Notes: generated by a model not told the origin, from the letters alone. 20,000 nt of DNA from an uncultured virus (IMG/VR IMGVR_UViG_3300025015_000024) (IMGVR_UViG_3300025015_000024:56838-76837), one strand, 5' to 3'; counted from the first letter of the stretch, positions 1-7,113 are shown. Numbers and translations are program-made.

Positions 1-1
1 T

Positions 2-595
2 AATGATTCTAATGAAATATTTGATTTTTCACTAAAAAACCTAATAAAGGGTTTATCTGCCAACAGAAATACAATATCATTTTTTAAACCTATATTAGCA
101 GCTTCAATATATAATCATTATTTGCCAAAAAACATTGAAAACCCTATAGTTTTTGATCCTTGTTGTGGATTTGGTGGAAGAATATTGGGGTTTAAATCTT
201 TGTTCCCACATGGAAAATATATTGGATTAGAACCAAATAAAAAGATATATGGCGAATTATCAATACTATCTTCAAAATTTGAAGATAATAATGAGTTATA
301 TAATTGTAAATTAGAAGATTTTAATAAAAATATAAAATATGATATTTGTTTTACAAGCATTCCTTATTTTGATTTAGAGAATTATAATAATTATTTTGAT
401 TATAATTCATATAGTCAATGGAAAAAAGAATTTATTGATAAGTTACTAACCTATAATAAGTTAATTATTAATATGTCAGAAGAATTATGTAATAAATTGA
501 ATTTAAATAAATATATTGATTCTTATATAATAAAATCTCAATCTCATTTTGGAAATAAGGAAAAAGAAGTTATGATAAAATTAAACTTTTCATAA
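2..595 (+). CDS. SAM-dependent DNA methyltransferase-like protein (5'-truncated by window edge)
   Basis: Frame is open from position 2 (NDSNEIFDFSLKNL...SFFKPILAASIY). Contains the SAM-binding motif VFDPCCGFGGR and a motif IV-like FTSIPY (cf. SPPY of amino-MTases). The TTG start at 122 in the track is probably not the true start. Confidence 0.75.
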   Translation, partial: NDSNEIFDFSLKNLIKGLSANRNTISFFKPILAASIYNHYLPKNIENPIVFDPCCGFGGRILGFKSLFPHGKYIGLEPNKKIYGELSILSSKFEDNNELYNCKLEDFNKNIKYDICFTSIPYFDLENYNNYFDYNSYSQWKKEFIDKLLTYNKLIINMSEELCNKLNLNKYIDSYIIKSQSHFGNKEKEVMIKLNFS

Positions 596-603
596 CTAAC
601 AAC

Positions 604-611
604 TATTTATA
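604..611 (+). promoter_or_regulatory. Putative phage late promoter motif TATTTATA
   Basis: AACTATTTATATAAAAA. The same octamer recurs shortly upstream of most plus-strand genes. Confidence 0.65.
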
Positions 612-638
612 TAAAAAAATAATTAAACTTAATAAATT

Positions 639-1040
639 ATGCCACTATTTACAGATATTTGTGGGGCGGTAGATCAATTTGAAAGTACGATTGCTAATGA
701 AATTGCCACAATGACTACTCATGCCCAATTTTTAACAGCTGCTGACAATATGTCAAGTGGGAAAACTGATATGAATCTTCAATTATCAGGTACACTTGGT
801 ACTCATGTGACTAGATTATTAATTGACAGACTAACACTGGTTGAAGCAGATATGAGAAGGTTTTCTACAATGAAGGGTCTTGCTCAAAATATTAATCAAG
901 TTCATGAAGTTTTAAGAGAGCATGCCAAAATTACGGCAGCAATTATCAGGGGTGGAACAAGATGTGCAAATGGAAGTGGGACTTCTGCTGCTGATCAAAG
1001 ATTTTATAAAGATACCATATTTAAAGAATTTGGCAGGTAA
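639..1040 (+). CDS. Hypothetical protein, probably late/virion-associated
   Basis: 133-aa ORF with natural composition, preceded by the TATTTATA motif. No recognisable domain. Confidence 0.7.
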   Translation: MPLFTDICGAVDQFESTIANEIATMTTHAQFLTAADNMSSGKTDMNLQLSGTLGTHVTRLLIDRLTLVEADMRRFSTMKGLAQNINQVHEVLREHAKITAAIIRGGTRCANGSGTSAADQRFYKDTIFKEFGR

Positions 1041-1065
1041 TTAAATAATTTTTTTAATTAATCTA

Positions 1066-1104
1066 TTGACTTTTTAGAATATTTTATTTATCTTTGTATT
1101 TATA
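1066..1104 (+). promoter_or_regulatory. Bacteroidota-type sigma70 promoter (TTG-N20-TATCTTTG) directly followed by a TATTTATA motif
   Basis: TTG at 1066-1068, TATCTTTG at 1089-1096 (consensus TAnnTTTG), TATTTATA at 1097-1104. Confidence 0.7.
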
Positions 1105-1112
1105 ATAATATA

Positions 1113-1193
1113 ATGAAACAGATAACGACATATTTTGGTGGAAATGGTGATGGCACAACTGATGCGATAACCATAATGGCCAGATTATGTTAA
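1113..1193 (+). CDS. Putative attenuator leader peptide (26 aa, MKQITTYFGGNGDGTTDAITIMARLC)
   Basis: ATG at 1113 in A-rich context just after the promoter, TAA at 1191-1193. Phe/Gly/Asp/Ala-rich core, followed by a terminator and then tRNA genes. Confidence 0.65.
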   Translation: MKQITTYFGGNGDGTTDAITIMARLC

Positions 1194-1214
1194 AAATATA
1201 AATAACAACTATAT

Positions 1215-1249
1215 AAAAACCCTGGCTAATAAAAAGTCAGGGTTTTTTT
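1215..1249 (+). terminator. Intrinsic terminator/attenuator upstream of the tRNA cluster
   Basis: Stem AAAAACCCTGGCT (1215-1227) / AGTCAGGGTTTTT (1235-1247) with one G-U pair, and a T7 tract at 1243-1249. Confidence 0.85.
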
Positions 1250-1264
1250 GTTTATATGATAAAT

Positions 1265-1341
1265 GGTGATACAGCATATTGGTGCATGTTGCTTCCCTGT
1301 CACGGAAGAGATTGTCGGTTCAAATCCGTCTATCACCGCCA
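1265..1341 (+). tRNA. tRNA-Asp(GTC), atypical
   Basis: Acceptor GGTGATA/TATCACC, anticodon arm CTTCC-ctGTCac-GGAAG, T-loop TTCAAAT, G73 and encoded CCA. Has C at position 8 and a T-T mismatch in the T-stem. Confidence 0.85.
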
Positions 1342-1342
1342 A

Positions 1343-1415
1343 GGAACTTTGGTGTAGGTGGTCTGCACAACTGTTTGAAGCACAGTGGGTCTTTGTTCGA
1401 TTCAAAGAGGTTCCA
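1343..1415 (+). tRNA. tRNA-Phe(GAA)
   Basis: Acceptor GGAACTT/AGGTTCC, anticodon arm ACTGT-ttGAAgc-ACAGT, T-arm CTTTG-TTCGATT-CAAAG, A73. CCA not encoded (CAA follows). Confidence 0.85.
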
Positions 1416-1418
1416 CAA

Positions 1419-2702
1419 GGTTATTCATTTTTACATCAAACATTACATTTGAGTTCAAATGATTTTACAAATTCAACTTTGTATGGGTTAAACCCTAACC
1501 CTATATTCCTTATGTTACTTATGAATTTTTCACATTCAGGAATTACTTTTGATTTTAACATTATTCCAATTGCACCATTAACATCAGCATTTATTGTTTT
1601 GCCAATACTACTTAAAAATAAACCACGCTTTATTCTTTTGCCAAGATAAATTGCTTGTTTTTGTATCGGTTCAAATGCCAAATGGTCGCATTTACTGGTA
1701 TAACTTTCTTCCTGCTCAACAAGTTTTATGCTGTTGAGTTCTAACTTATATTTTATTTTATCTATAAGTTTGGCATGAGGGATAGAAACAAAATTCTGGT
1801 TATTACGGCTACCAATATTTATTTTCTTCTTCCAATGTTCATTTTTACCGATAACAACTGTCCCAATATTATACTTTAAACAGTATTTAAGAATGAAATC
1901 GCCTACCTGGTGCATTGCATTTTCTATCTTGTTATTCCTGTCAAAAGTTAATTTATTTATTCTGTTTGACGTCCCTTTATTACCAACATAACTCATTAAC
2001 TTGGCTCGCTTTTTATTAAAATACGCATTGATGGATTTTAATCCTCTACCGTTGATAATGAAAGGATTATTACCGACATTATCTATTGCTGTGATAAGAT
2101 TGTTTAATCCCAAATCAATGCTTAATACATTTTCTTCTTTTATTTTTTCATGTTTTACCTCCTTTTTTTCATAGACAACTTCTATTACAAAACAAGTTGC
2201 TTGTGGAATTATTCTCACTTGTGATATATTATCTACTTTTGTTTTTAATGGTTGAATATTTGCTTGTTTTGGAAAATGTATAAGTCCCCCTTTTAAATTA
2301 ACTTGCTGATTAGTGAAAATGCAAATAGAATATCCAGCCTTATCTTTGTATTTTGGTTGCTTAGGGTTTCCTTTAAATTTGCTTGGGCATTTTTTATATT
2401 CTTTTAATGCTTTGAAATATGACTTCCAGTTCTTAAAAAGTAATTTTATTATTTGCTGCGATGTTTGTGCCGGCAATGCCCTATAATCTTCCTGGTTAAA
2501 TTCAGCAAGCAATTTAGATAATTCATATTCCTCAAATTTCTGTATATTACCAAAAAATGCTTGCCGTTTGTGATAATTACAAAAATTATACAATCTGGCT
2601 GATTTAAAACAAATATCCTCTATTGCTTTATCGTTTATCCTAATATGTCGCTCTACGAGTTGCATTATTTATATAAAACTTAAAGTTTTACACTTATAAA
2701 TA
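1419..2702 (-). mobile_element. Non-autonomous IS200/IS605-superfamily (tnpB-only, IS1341-like) element; ends approximate
   Basis: tnpB without tnpA, sitting antisense between tRNA-Phe and tRNA-Gly. Hairpins at 1446-1461 and 1485-1501 (3' end) and 2666-2702 (5' end). Confidence 0.6.
1436..2665 (-). CDS. tnpB: TnpB RNA-guided endonuclease (IS200/IS605 family accessory protein)
   Basis: SARLYN HTH region, RuvC-I SIDLGLNN, VIGKN...QEESYTSKC, RuvC-III INADVNGAIGI; 409 aa. Confidence 0.92.
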   Translation of the reverse strand: MQLVERHIRINDKAIEDICFKSARLYNFCNYHKRQAFFGNIQKFEEYELSKLLAEFNQEDYRALPAQTSQQIIKLLFKNWKSYFKALKEYKKCPSKFKGNPKQPKYKDKAGYSICIFTNQQVNLKGGLIHFPKQANIQPLKTKVDNISQVRIIPQATCFVIEVVYEKKEVKHEKIKEENVLSIDLGLNNLITAIDNVGNNPFIINGRGLKSINAYFNKKRAKLMSYVGNKGTSNRINKLTFDRNNKIENAMHQVGDFILKYCLKYNIGTVVIGKNEHWKKKINIGSRNNQNFVSIPHAKLIDKIKYKLELNSIKLVEQEESYTSKCDHLAFEPIQKQAIYLGKRIKRGLFLSSIGKTINADVNGAIGIMLKSKVIPECEKFISNIRNIGLGFNPYKVEFVKSFELKCNV

Positions 2703-2765
2703 TCTTTCTAAAATAAAAAACTCAATAAAATGAATACATAAGAAATAAATAATATCAAAAATTAC

Positions 2766-2773
2766 TATTTATA
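2766..2773 (+). promoter_or_regulatory. Putative late promoter motif TATTTATA upstream of tRNA-Gly
   Basis: ACTATTTATATAAGA, 11 nt before the tRNA 5' end. Confidence 0.55.
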
Positions 2774-2784
2774 TAAGATAATGT

Positions 2785-2860
2785 GCATCAGTAGCTCAAT
2801 TGGTAGAGCGCCGGTCTTCCAAATCGGAGGTTGTGGGATCATAGCCCATCTGATGCTCCA
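2785..2860 (+). tRNA. tRNA-Gly(TCC) with non-canonical T-loop
   Basis: Acceptor GCATCAG/CTGATGC, D-arm GCTC-AATTGGTA-GAGC, anticodon arm CCGGT-ctTCCaa-ATCGG, U73 and encoded CCA. T-loop reads ATCATAG. Confidence 0.88.
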
Positions 2861-2875
2861 GATTAAATAAAATAT

Positions 2876-2948
2876 GGGGGTACATGTACCAAGGCTGGCG
2901 AAGAGCATTTGCAATGCTTTTGGGTGGATTGGATTTCCACTATCTCCA
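2876..2948 (+). tRNA. tRNA-Ala(TGC), atypical
   Basis: Acceptor GGGGGTA/TATCTCC with the G3-U70 alanine identity pair, anticodon arm GAGCA-ttTGCaa-TGCTT, T-stem GTGGA/TCCAC, A73. D-arm weak, T-loop TTGGATT. Confidence 0.75.
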
Positions 2949-2985
2949 CTAAATATATAAATGATTTCTTTTTCAATCATCAAAC

Positions 2986-2993
2986 TATTTATA
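2986..2993 (+). promoter_or_regulatory. Putative late promoter motif TATTTATA
   Basis: CAAACTATTTATATAAAAAT upstream of ATG 3009; near-identical context at 4443-4462. Confidence 0.65.
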
Positions 2994-3008
2994 TAAAAAT
3001 ATATTCTT

Positions 3009-4124
3009 ATGGCAGATATCACAACAAGTGAAAAAGACAAATTATTTACAAGAATAAAACATCAACTTGGTGCCCCATTAAGACAAATTGAAATTGATAA
3101 TTCTCAACTGGAAACATTTCTTGAAATATCAATTGAAGATTATTCATCTTATGTTAATAATTGGCTAATTGATCAGCAGTGGGATAGTTTAATAGGTTTA
3201 GATACAAATTCAACAGATTTATCCTTTGCATTTACTACACGTTCTTTAGATTTCACAAGGTCATTTAGTTTTGCATATTCAAAACAAGTTGGCCTTGGAA
3301 CAAATAGTCCCTGGGAACTTAAAAAAGATTTTGTTGTTATTACTGCCGGAACACAAGTTTATACAATACCAAAAAACAGGGAAGTTAATGAAGTTTTATG
3401 GGTAACTCCCCCATTAATAGATAGAGGTTTAATAGATCCATTTTCAAGGTCTAATTGGTCAGCAGAACAATTTGGATGGAGTTATATTGGTCGTGCTGCG
3501 GAATATGTTCAACCTGTGTTTAATATTTTATTATCCGCTCAGGATAGAGGTCTTAAAGATAGAATAAGAAGAAGTGAGTTAACTTATAGAATTGTTGGTG
3601 GACCAAATGGAACAAAATTATTATATTTATATCCTGTTCCAGGTGGAAAATATCAACCTGGAGGAGGAATGGGTGGAGGATTAGCTAATCCAGCATGGAA
3701 TGGTGCAAAAATTTGGTATTGGTATTATGATACTAATTCAACCAGTATAGATCAATGTAAAAATGAAAATAAAGATATTGTAAGATTACCAAGTGATGTT
3801 GATATTGATAATATTCAGTGGTCAGAATTAAATAAACCAGCCCAAACATGGGTTAGAAGATATTTATTGGCAACAACTAAACAAACTCTTGGAAAAGTGA
3901 GGGGTAAATTTGGTGGTGTTGTTGGTGTTGGTGAAGCAGAGAGAATAATGGATTATGCTGATTTATTATCTGAAGGTATTGCAGAACAAGAAAAACTTAT
4001 TGAAGAATTAAAAGAAAGATTAGAAGAATTAACTTATGTAAACATTTTAGAAAAGAAAGCAAGAGAATCAAAAGCATTAAATGATACAATGTCCAATATT
4101 CCTTTAGGGATATACGTAATATAA
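3009..4124 (+). CDS. Neck/head-completion protein (T4 gp13-like)
   Basis: N-terminal IKHQLGAPLRQIEIDNSQL and C-terminal WVRRYLLATTKQTLGKVRGKFGGV...EQEKLIEEL match gp13-type patterns; structural gene context. Confidence 0.8.
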   Translation: MADITTSEKDKLFTRIKHQLGAPLRQIEIDNSQLETFLEISIEDYSSYVNNWLIDQQWDSLIGLDTNSTDLSFAFTTRSLDFTRSFSFAYSKQVGLGTNSPWELKKDFVVITAGTQVYTIPKNREVNEVLWVTPPLIDRGLIDPFSRSNWSAEQFGWSYIGRAAEYVQPVFNILLSAQDRGLKDRIRRSELTYRIVGGPNGTKLLYLYPVPGGKYQPGGGMGGGLANPAWNGAKIWYWYYDTNSTSIDQCKNENKDIVRLPSDVDIDNIQWSELNKPAQTWVRRYLLATTKQTLGKVRGKFGGVVGVGEAERIMDYADLLSEGIAEQEKLIEELKERLEELTYVNILEKKARESKALNDTMSNIPLGIYVI

Positions 4125-4150
4125 TACTTAAAATTAAAAATATAAAACTT

Positions 4151-4408
4151 ATGAAAAAAATAATAAAAATAAAAGAATCAGAATTAATAAAATTAATTGA
4201 GTTATCAATTTTAAAAGAACAATTACAACCAAAACCAGAACATAATGAACCAGATATTGAAACTATTGATCCTGAAGTAGAACCTGACATTGAAATCGAT
4301 AGGCCAATAACACCAGAAAAAGAGCCTTGGGAAGATCCATTTACTCCAAGAAGAATTCAACCAGGAAGTGAACCTCAACCACGAGCAAGATTCAGAGAAA
4401 AAAGATAA
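4151..4408 (+). CDS. Small Pro/Glu-rich protein with conserved N-terminal leader
   Basis: MKKIIKIKESELIKLIELSILKEQ followed by a low-complexity Pro/acidic tail. Confidence 0.7.
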   Translation: MKKIIKIKESELIKLIELSILKEQLQPKPEHNEPDIETIDPEVEPDIEIDRPITPEKEPWEDPFTPRRIQPGSEPQPRARFREKR

Positions 4409-4447
4409 AAATTGTATATAACTTGTTGTTATTTTAGTTTTTCAAAC

Positions 4448-4455
4448 TATTTATA
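4448..4455 (+). promoter_or_regulatory. Putative late promoter motif TATTTATA
   Basis: CAAACTATTTATATAAAAAT upstream of ATG 4474. Confidence 0.65.
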
Positions 4456-4473
4456 TAAAAATATTTACTTTAT

Positions 4474-5571
4474 ATGAATTTAAAAAAAGAATTGCATAAA
4501 TTATTATTAAAAGAAGAGGATTTTGGTGATTATGGTCATTGGATACCATCTGAAAACAAAACCCCAGATGAAACATATTCTGACAAGTTTATTCAACAAC
4601 TTGGTTCTGAGCGATTTAAAGATGTTGTTGAAAAAGTAAAAAAATATACACAAAGGGAAGATGTCGATGAAAGACAACTCATATCATTAGCAATTAGTGC
4701 TTTTAATAAAATAAAAGATATTGAGGAAGAACACATATCTCAACTGGAACAACTTGCGATTGATATTGTTAAATATGATTTCAATATTCCAGAAGGAAAA
4801 ATTGAATTTGATGCAAAAATTAGTGATAATCTTGATGTTGGTCGTAAAATTAAATATTTTGAAAAACCAGAAGAAATAAGTCCAGAAATACTATCAACTT
4901 TTAAAAATAAAGAATCTTTTGATTCAAGAGTTAATAAAAGAAGATTGGTTAATGCATTAACTGTTGGTATGTCTACAAAAGGACATTATATGTTTCATTT
5001 AGCAGATAAACAATTAAAAAAAATTCATCCAGATTTAATTAATTTATATGGAACAACTATGTCATTGGGTGAATTAGGATATTGGATAGTACCTGATGAA
5101 CTTCACATTAAGGTTGGAAAAGGAGAAATTGGTGGTGGTCAACAAGAAGGTGGGAAAATGAGAGTGGATTTATCTGGTGAAAAACCAAAAATAATTGCCC
5201 GCGCTAAACTATTTCCTGCTTTAGTTCACGAATTAATTAAGGGTGTTATGGAAATTATGTCAATAAACTCTCTTCCGAAGGATGATCAAAAATCAGAAAT
5301 AGTAAAAAGACATGCCGATTATATGAGCACAGAATCAAGAGATATAAGGTTTGGTCCAAAAATATGGGAAAAATTCATTGAATCAATACCAGATGATGAT
5401 TTGAATATAAAATCATATATTTATAGCTATATTATTAATTTACCTCATAAGGAATTTAATTCTTTAATGAAAGAAGTAATAGATGGAACAGATTTTTCAA
5501 AAAAAAGAATGAAAGAAATATCTGATATAATAAAAAGGAAATTAAACATCAGAGAACAAAAAAATATTTAA
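4474..5571 (+). CDS. Hypothetical phage protein (late-motif, possibly head-associated)
   Basis: 365-aa ORF preceded by the late motif. N-terminus ends in LLLKEE. Function not recognised. Confidence 0.75.
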   Translation: MNLKKELHKLLLKEEDFGDYGHWIPSENKTPDETYSDKFIQQLGSERFKDVVEKVKKYTQREDVDERQLISLAISAFNKIKDIEEEHISQLEQLAIDIVKYDFNIPEGKIEFDAKISDNLDVGRKIKYFEKPEEISPEILSTFKNKESFDSRVNKRRLVNALTVGMSTKGHYMFHLADKQLKKIHPDLINLYGTTMSLGELGYWIVPDELHIKVGKGEIGGGQQEGGKMRVDLSGEKPKIIARAKLFPALVHELIKGVMEIMSINSLPKDDQKSEIVKRHADYMSTESRDIRFGPKIWEKFIESIPDDDLNIKSYIYSYIINLPHKEFNSLMKEVIDGTDFSKKRMKEISDIIKRKLNIREQKNI

Positions 5572-5580
5572 AGTAAATAA

Positions 5581-6894
5581 ATGAAAAAAACAATTTTAAT
5601 AACAGAATCTCAATTTGAAAATCTTGTTAATACATTATTAAATGAAGATGACAGAGATAACAGGATTAATAAATTAAAAAAAATATTCCCCAAAATAAAG
5701 GACAAAGAATTTAATAAAATTATTGAGGCTGACCCAACTAAAATATTGGAGTTTCTTCCATGGCTATTAAGACAATATAATAATATATTAAAACATGAAA
5801 TAAAAAATATTAAGCCAGATGTATTTTTAGAAGATTTACCAAAGATAAAAGATTATCTTACAATTTATAAAAAAATAAGGTTTAATATTGAAATTGATCC
5901 ATTATATAGAAATATAAATTATTTGAAAACATACAATGAATTATATGACCTTATTAAACCCCATAAAGAAAGTAAACTTATGGGAATTGAACAACGAGAA
6001 TTGGATGAATTATTAAAAACAAATGCTGCAAAAAAAATATTTGAAAGTAATAAATGGATAATATTGTGGCCAAAAACTGAACTAGCATCTTGTATTATTG
6101 GGAGAAATTCAGAATGGTGCACAACATATGGACCTGGGGGCACACATCCAGAAAAAAGTGAAAATGCGTTTAAAAGTCATATTATCCATGGAAATTTTAA
6201 CTATATTTTAAATAAAAGTAATCCAAAAGAAAAATATGCTTTTTATTTTAATAATGAGCCAATGGATATTGAGGTATATGATATAGATGATAAAAAAGTA
6301 TATACTTTAGAAACCATTGATAGTTTTTTCAAAAATAAAAAGGAATTATTAAAACCATTAATTGAATCTGGAAAATTATTTCATCATTGGAAATTTTTAT
6401 TAAAAACTGGAGTTATAAGTTGGGTTAGTTTTGTTGATCCAAATATCTTAAATTTAAATTTGCATGGCCTAGGATTAACACGATTACCTGATGATATTGG
6501 ACGATTAACCAATATGACTATTTTTAGTGTTGGTAATAACAACTTAACATCTTTACCAGAATCAGTTGGAAATTTAAAAAATTTAACTGCTATTTCCGCC
6601 CCATATAATAATCTAAGAGCATTACCTGAAAGTATAGGTAATTTAAAAAAATTAACTGACGTTATGATAAATCATAATGAATTTACTGAAATTCCTCCGG
6701 TACTAAGTAAAGTAACAAAATTGCGAAGTTTGTATTTGTCTGAAAATAAAAACATAAAAAAAATATCAGAACAAATAAAAAGGTTTCCTAATTTTAAAAA
6801 TTTAAGATTTTTAACTTTAAAACAAATGAATGTATCTGATATTGAATTAAAAAAGATAAGGGAATTATTACCAAATACATCAGTAATTAATTAA
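5581..6894 (+). CDS. Multidomain protein with N-terminal leader, central SEWCT-containing domain and C-terminal leucine-rich repeats
   Basis: 23-aa LRR units: LPDDIGRLTNMTIFSVGNNNLTS / LPESVGNLKNLTAISAPYNNLRA / LPESIGNLKKLTDVMINHNEFTE / IPPVLSKVTKLRSLYLSEN. Confidence 0.85.
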   Translation: MKKTILITESQFENLVNTLLNEDDRDNRINKLKKIFPKIKDKEFNKIIEADPTKILEFLPWLLRQYNNILKHEIKNIKPDVFLEDLPKIKDYLTIYKKIRFNIEIDPLYRNINYLKTYNELYDLIKPHKESKLMGIEQRELDELLKTNAAKKIFESNKWIILWPKTELASCIIGRNSEWCTTYGPGGTHPEKSENAFKSHIIHGNFNYILNKSNPKEKYAFYFNNEPMDIEVYDIDDKKVYTLETIDSFFKNKKELLKPLIESGKLFHHWKFLLKTGVISWVSFVDPNILNLNLHGLGLTRLPDDIGRLTNMTIFSVGNNNLTSLPESVGNLKNLTAISAPYNNLRALPESIGNLKKLTDVMINHNEFTEIPPVLSKVTKLRSLYLSENKNIKKISEQIKRFPNFKNLRFLTLKQMNVSDIELKKIRELLPNTSVIN

Positions 6895-6898
6895 AACA

Positions 6899-6961
6899 AT
6901 GAAAATAAGATTAACAGAAAATCAATTAAAACAAATAATGGAAAAAGTTATTGTTTTTTAA
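6899..6961 (+). pseudogene. Leader-only mini-ORF/gene remnant (MKIRLTENQLKQIMEKVIVF)
   Basis: ATG 4 nt after the LRR gene stop. The peptide matches the N-termini of the ORFs at 5581 and 9563. Confidence 0.55.
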
Positions 6962-7026
6962 ATATTTTTTATATATATTTCTATTATTTAATGAATATGT
7001 TAATAACACTTACTTTTTTTAATTCA

Positions 7027-7113
7027 ATGATATATTTATGTAACATAAGAAGAAATATTAATAGGAGACAAAAAACAGCTAAGGGATATAAATGGGAATA
7101 TAAAAATAAATAA
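7027..7113 (+). pseudogene. NUMOD1-like C-terminal remnant of a homing endonuclease
   Basis: Translates as MIYLCNIRRNINRRQKTAKGYKWEYKNK. KTAKGYKWEY resembles the NUMOD1 terminal pattern. Confidence 0.5.

Noticed and set aside
1136..1150. TGG TGG AAA TGG TGA (Trp-Trp-Lys-Trp-stop) suggesting a trp-type leader
   Set aside because: That frame has no ATG after the upstream TAA (1106-1108) and no tRNA-Trp or trp genes follow. The ATG-1113 frame fits the downstream tRNAs.
1263..1649. 128-aa plus-strand ORF
   Set aside because: Overlaps two tRNA genes and the antisense of tnpB; shadow ORF.
1436..2665. Cas12f/CRISPR system
   Set aside because: No repeat-spacer array or cas genes in the window; the motifs fit TnpB.
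2811..2827. Reading the third tRNA as Trp(CCA)
   Set aside because: The 7-nt loop CTTCCAA centres on TCC, and the acceptor stem and U73 match Gly identity.
2765..3040. 91-aa minus-strand ORF
   Set aside because: Antisense to tRNA-Gly, tRNA-Ala and the neck gene start.
5221..5255. HELIKGVME as a zinc-metalloprotease motif
   Set aside because: Reads HExxK, not HExxH; insufficient support.
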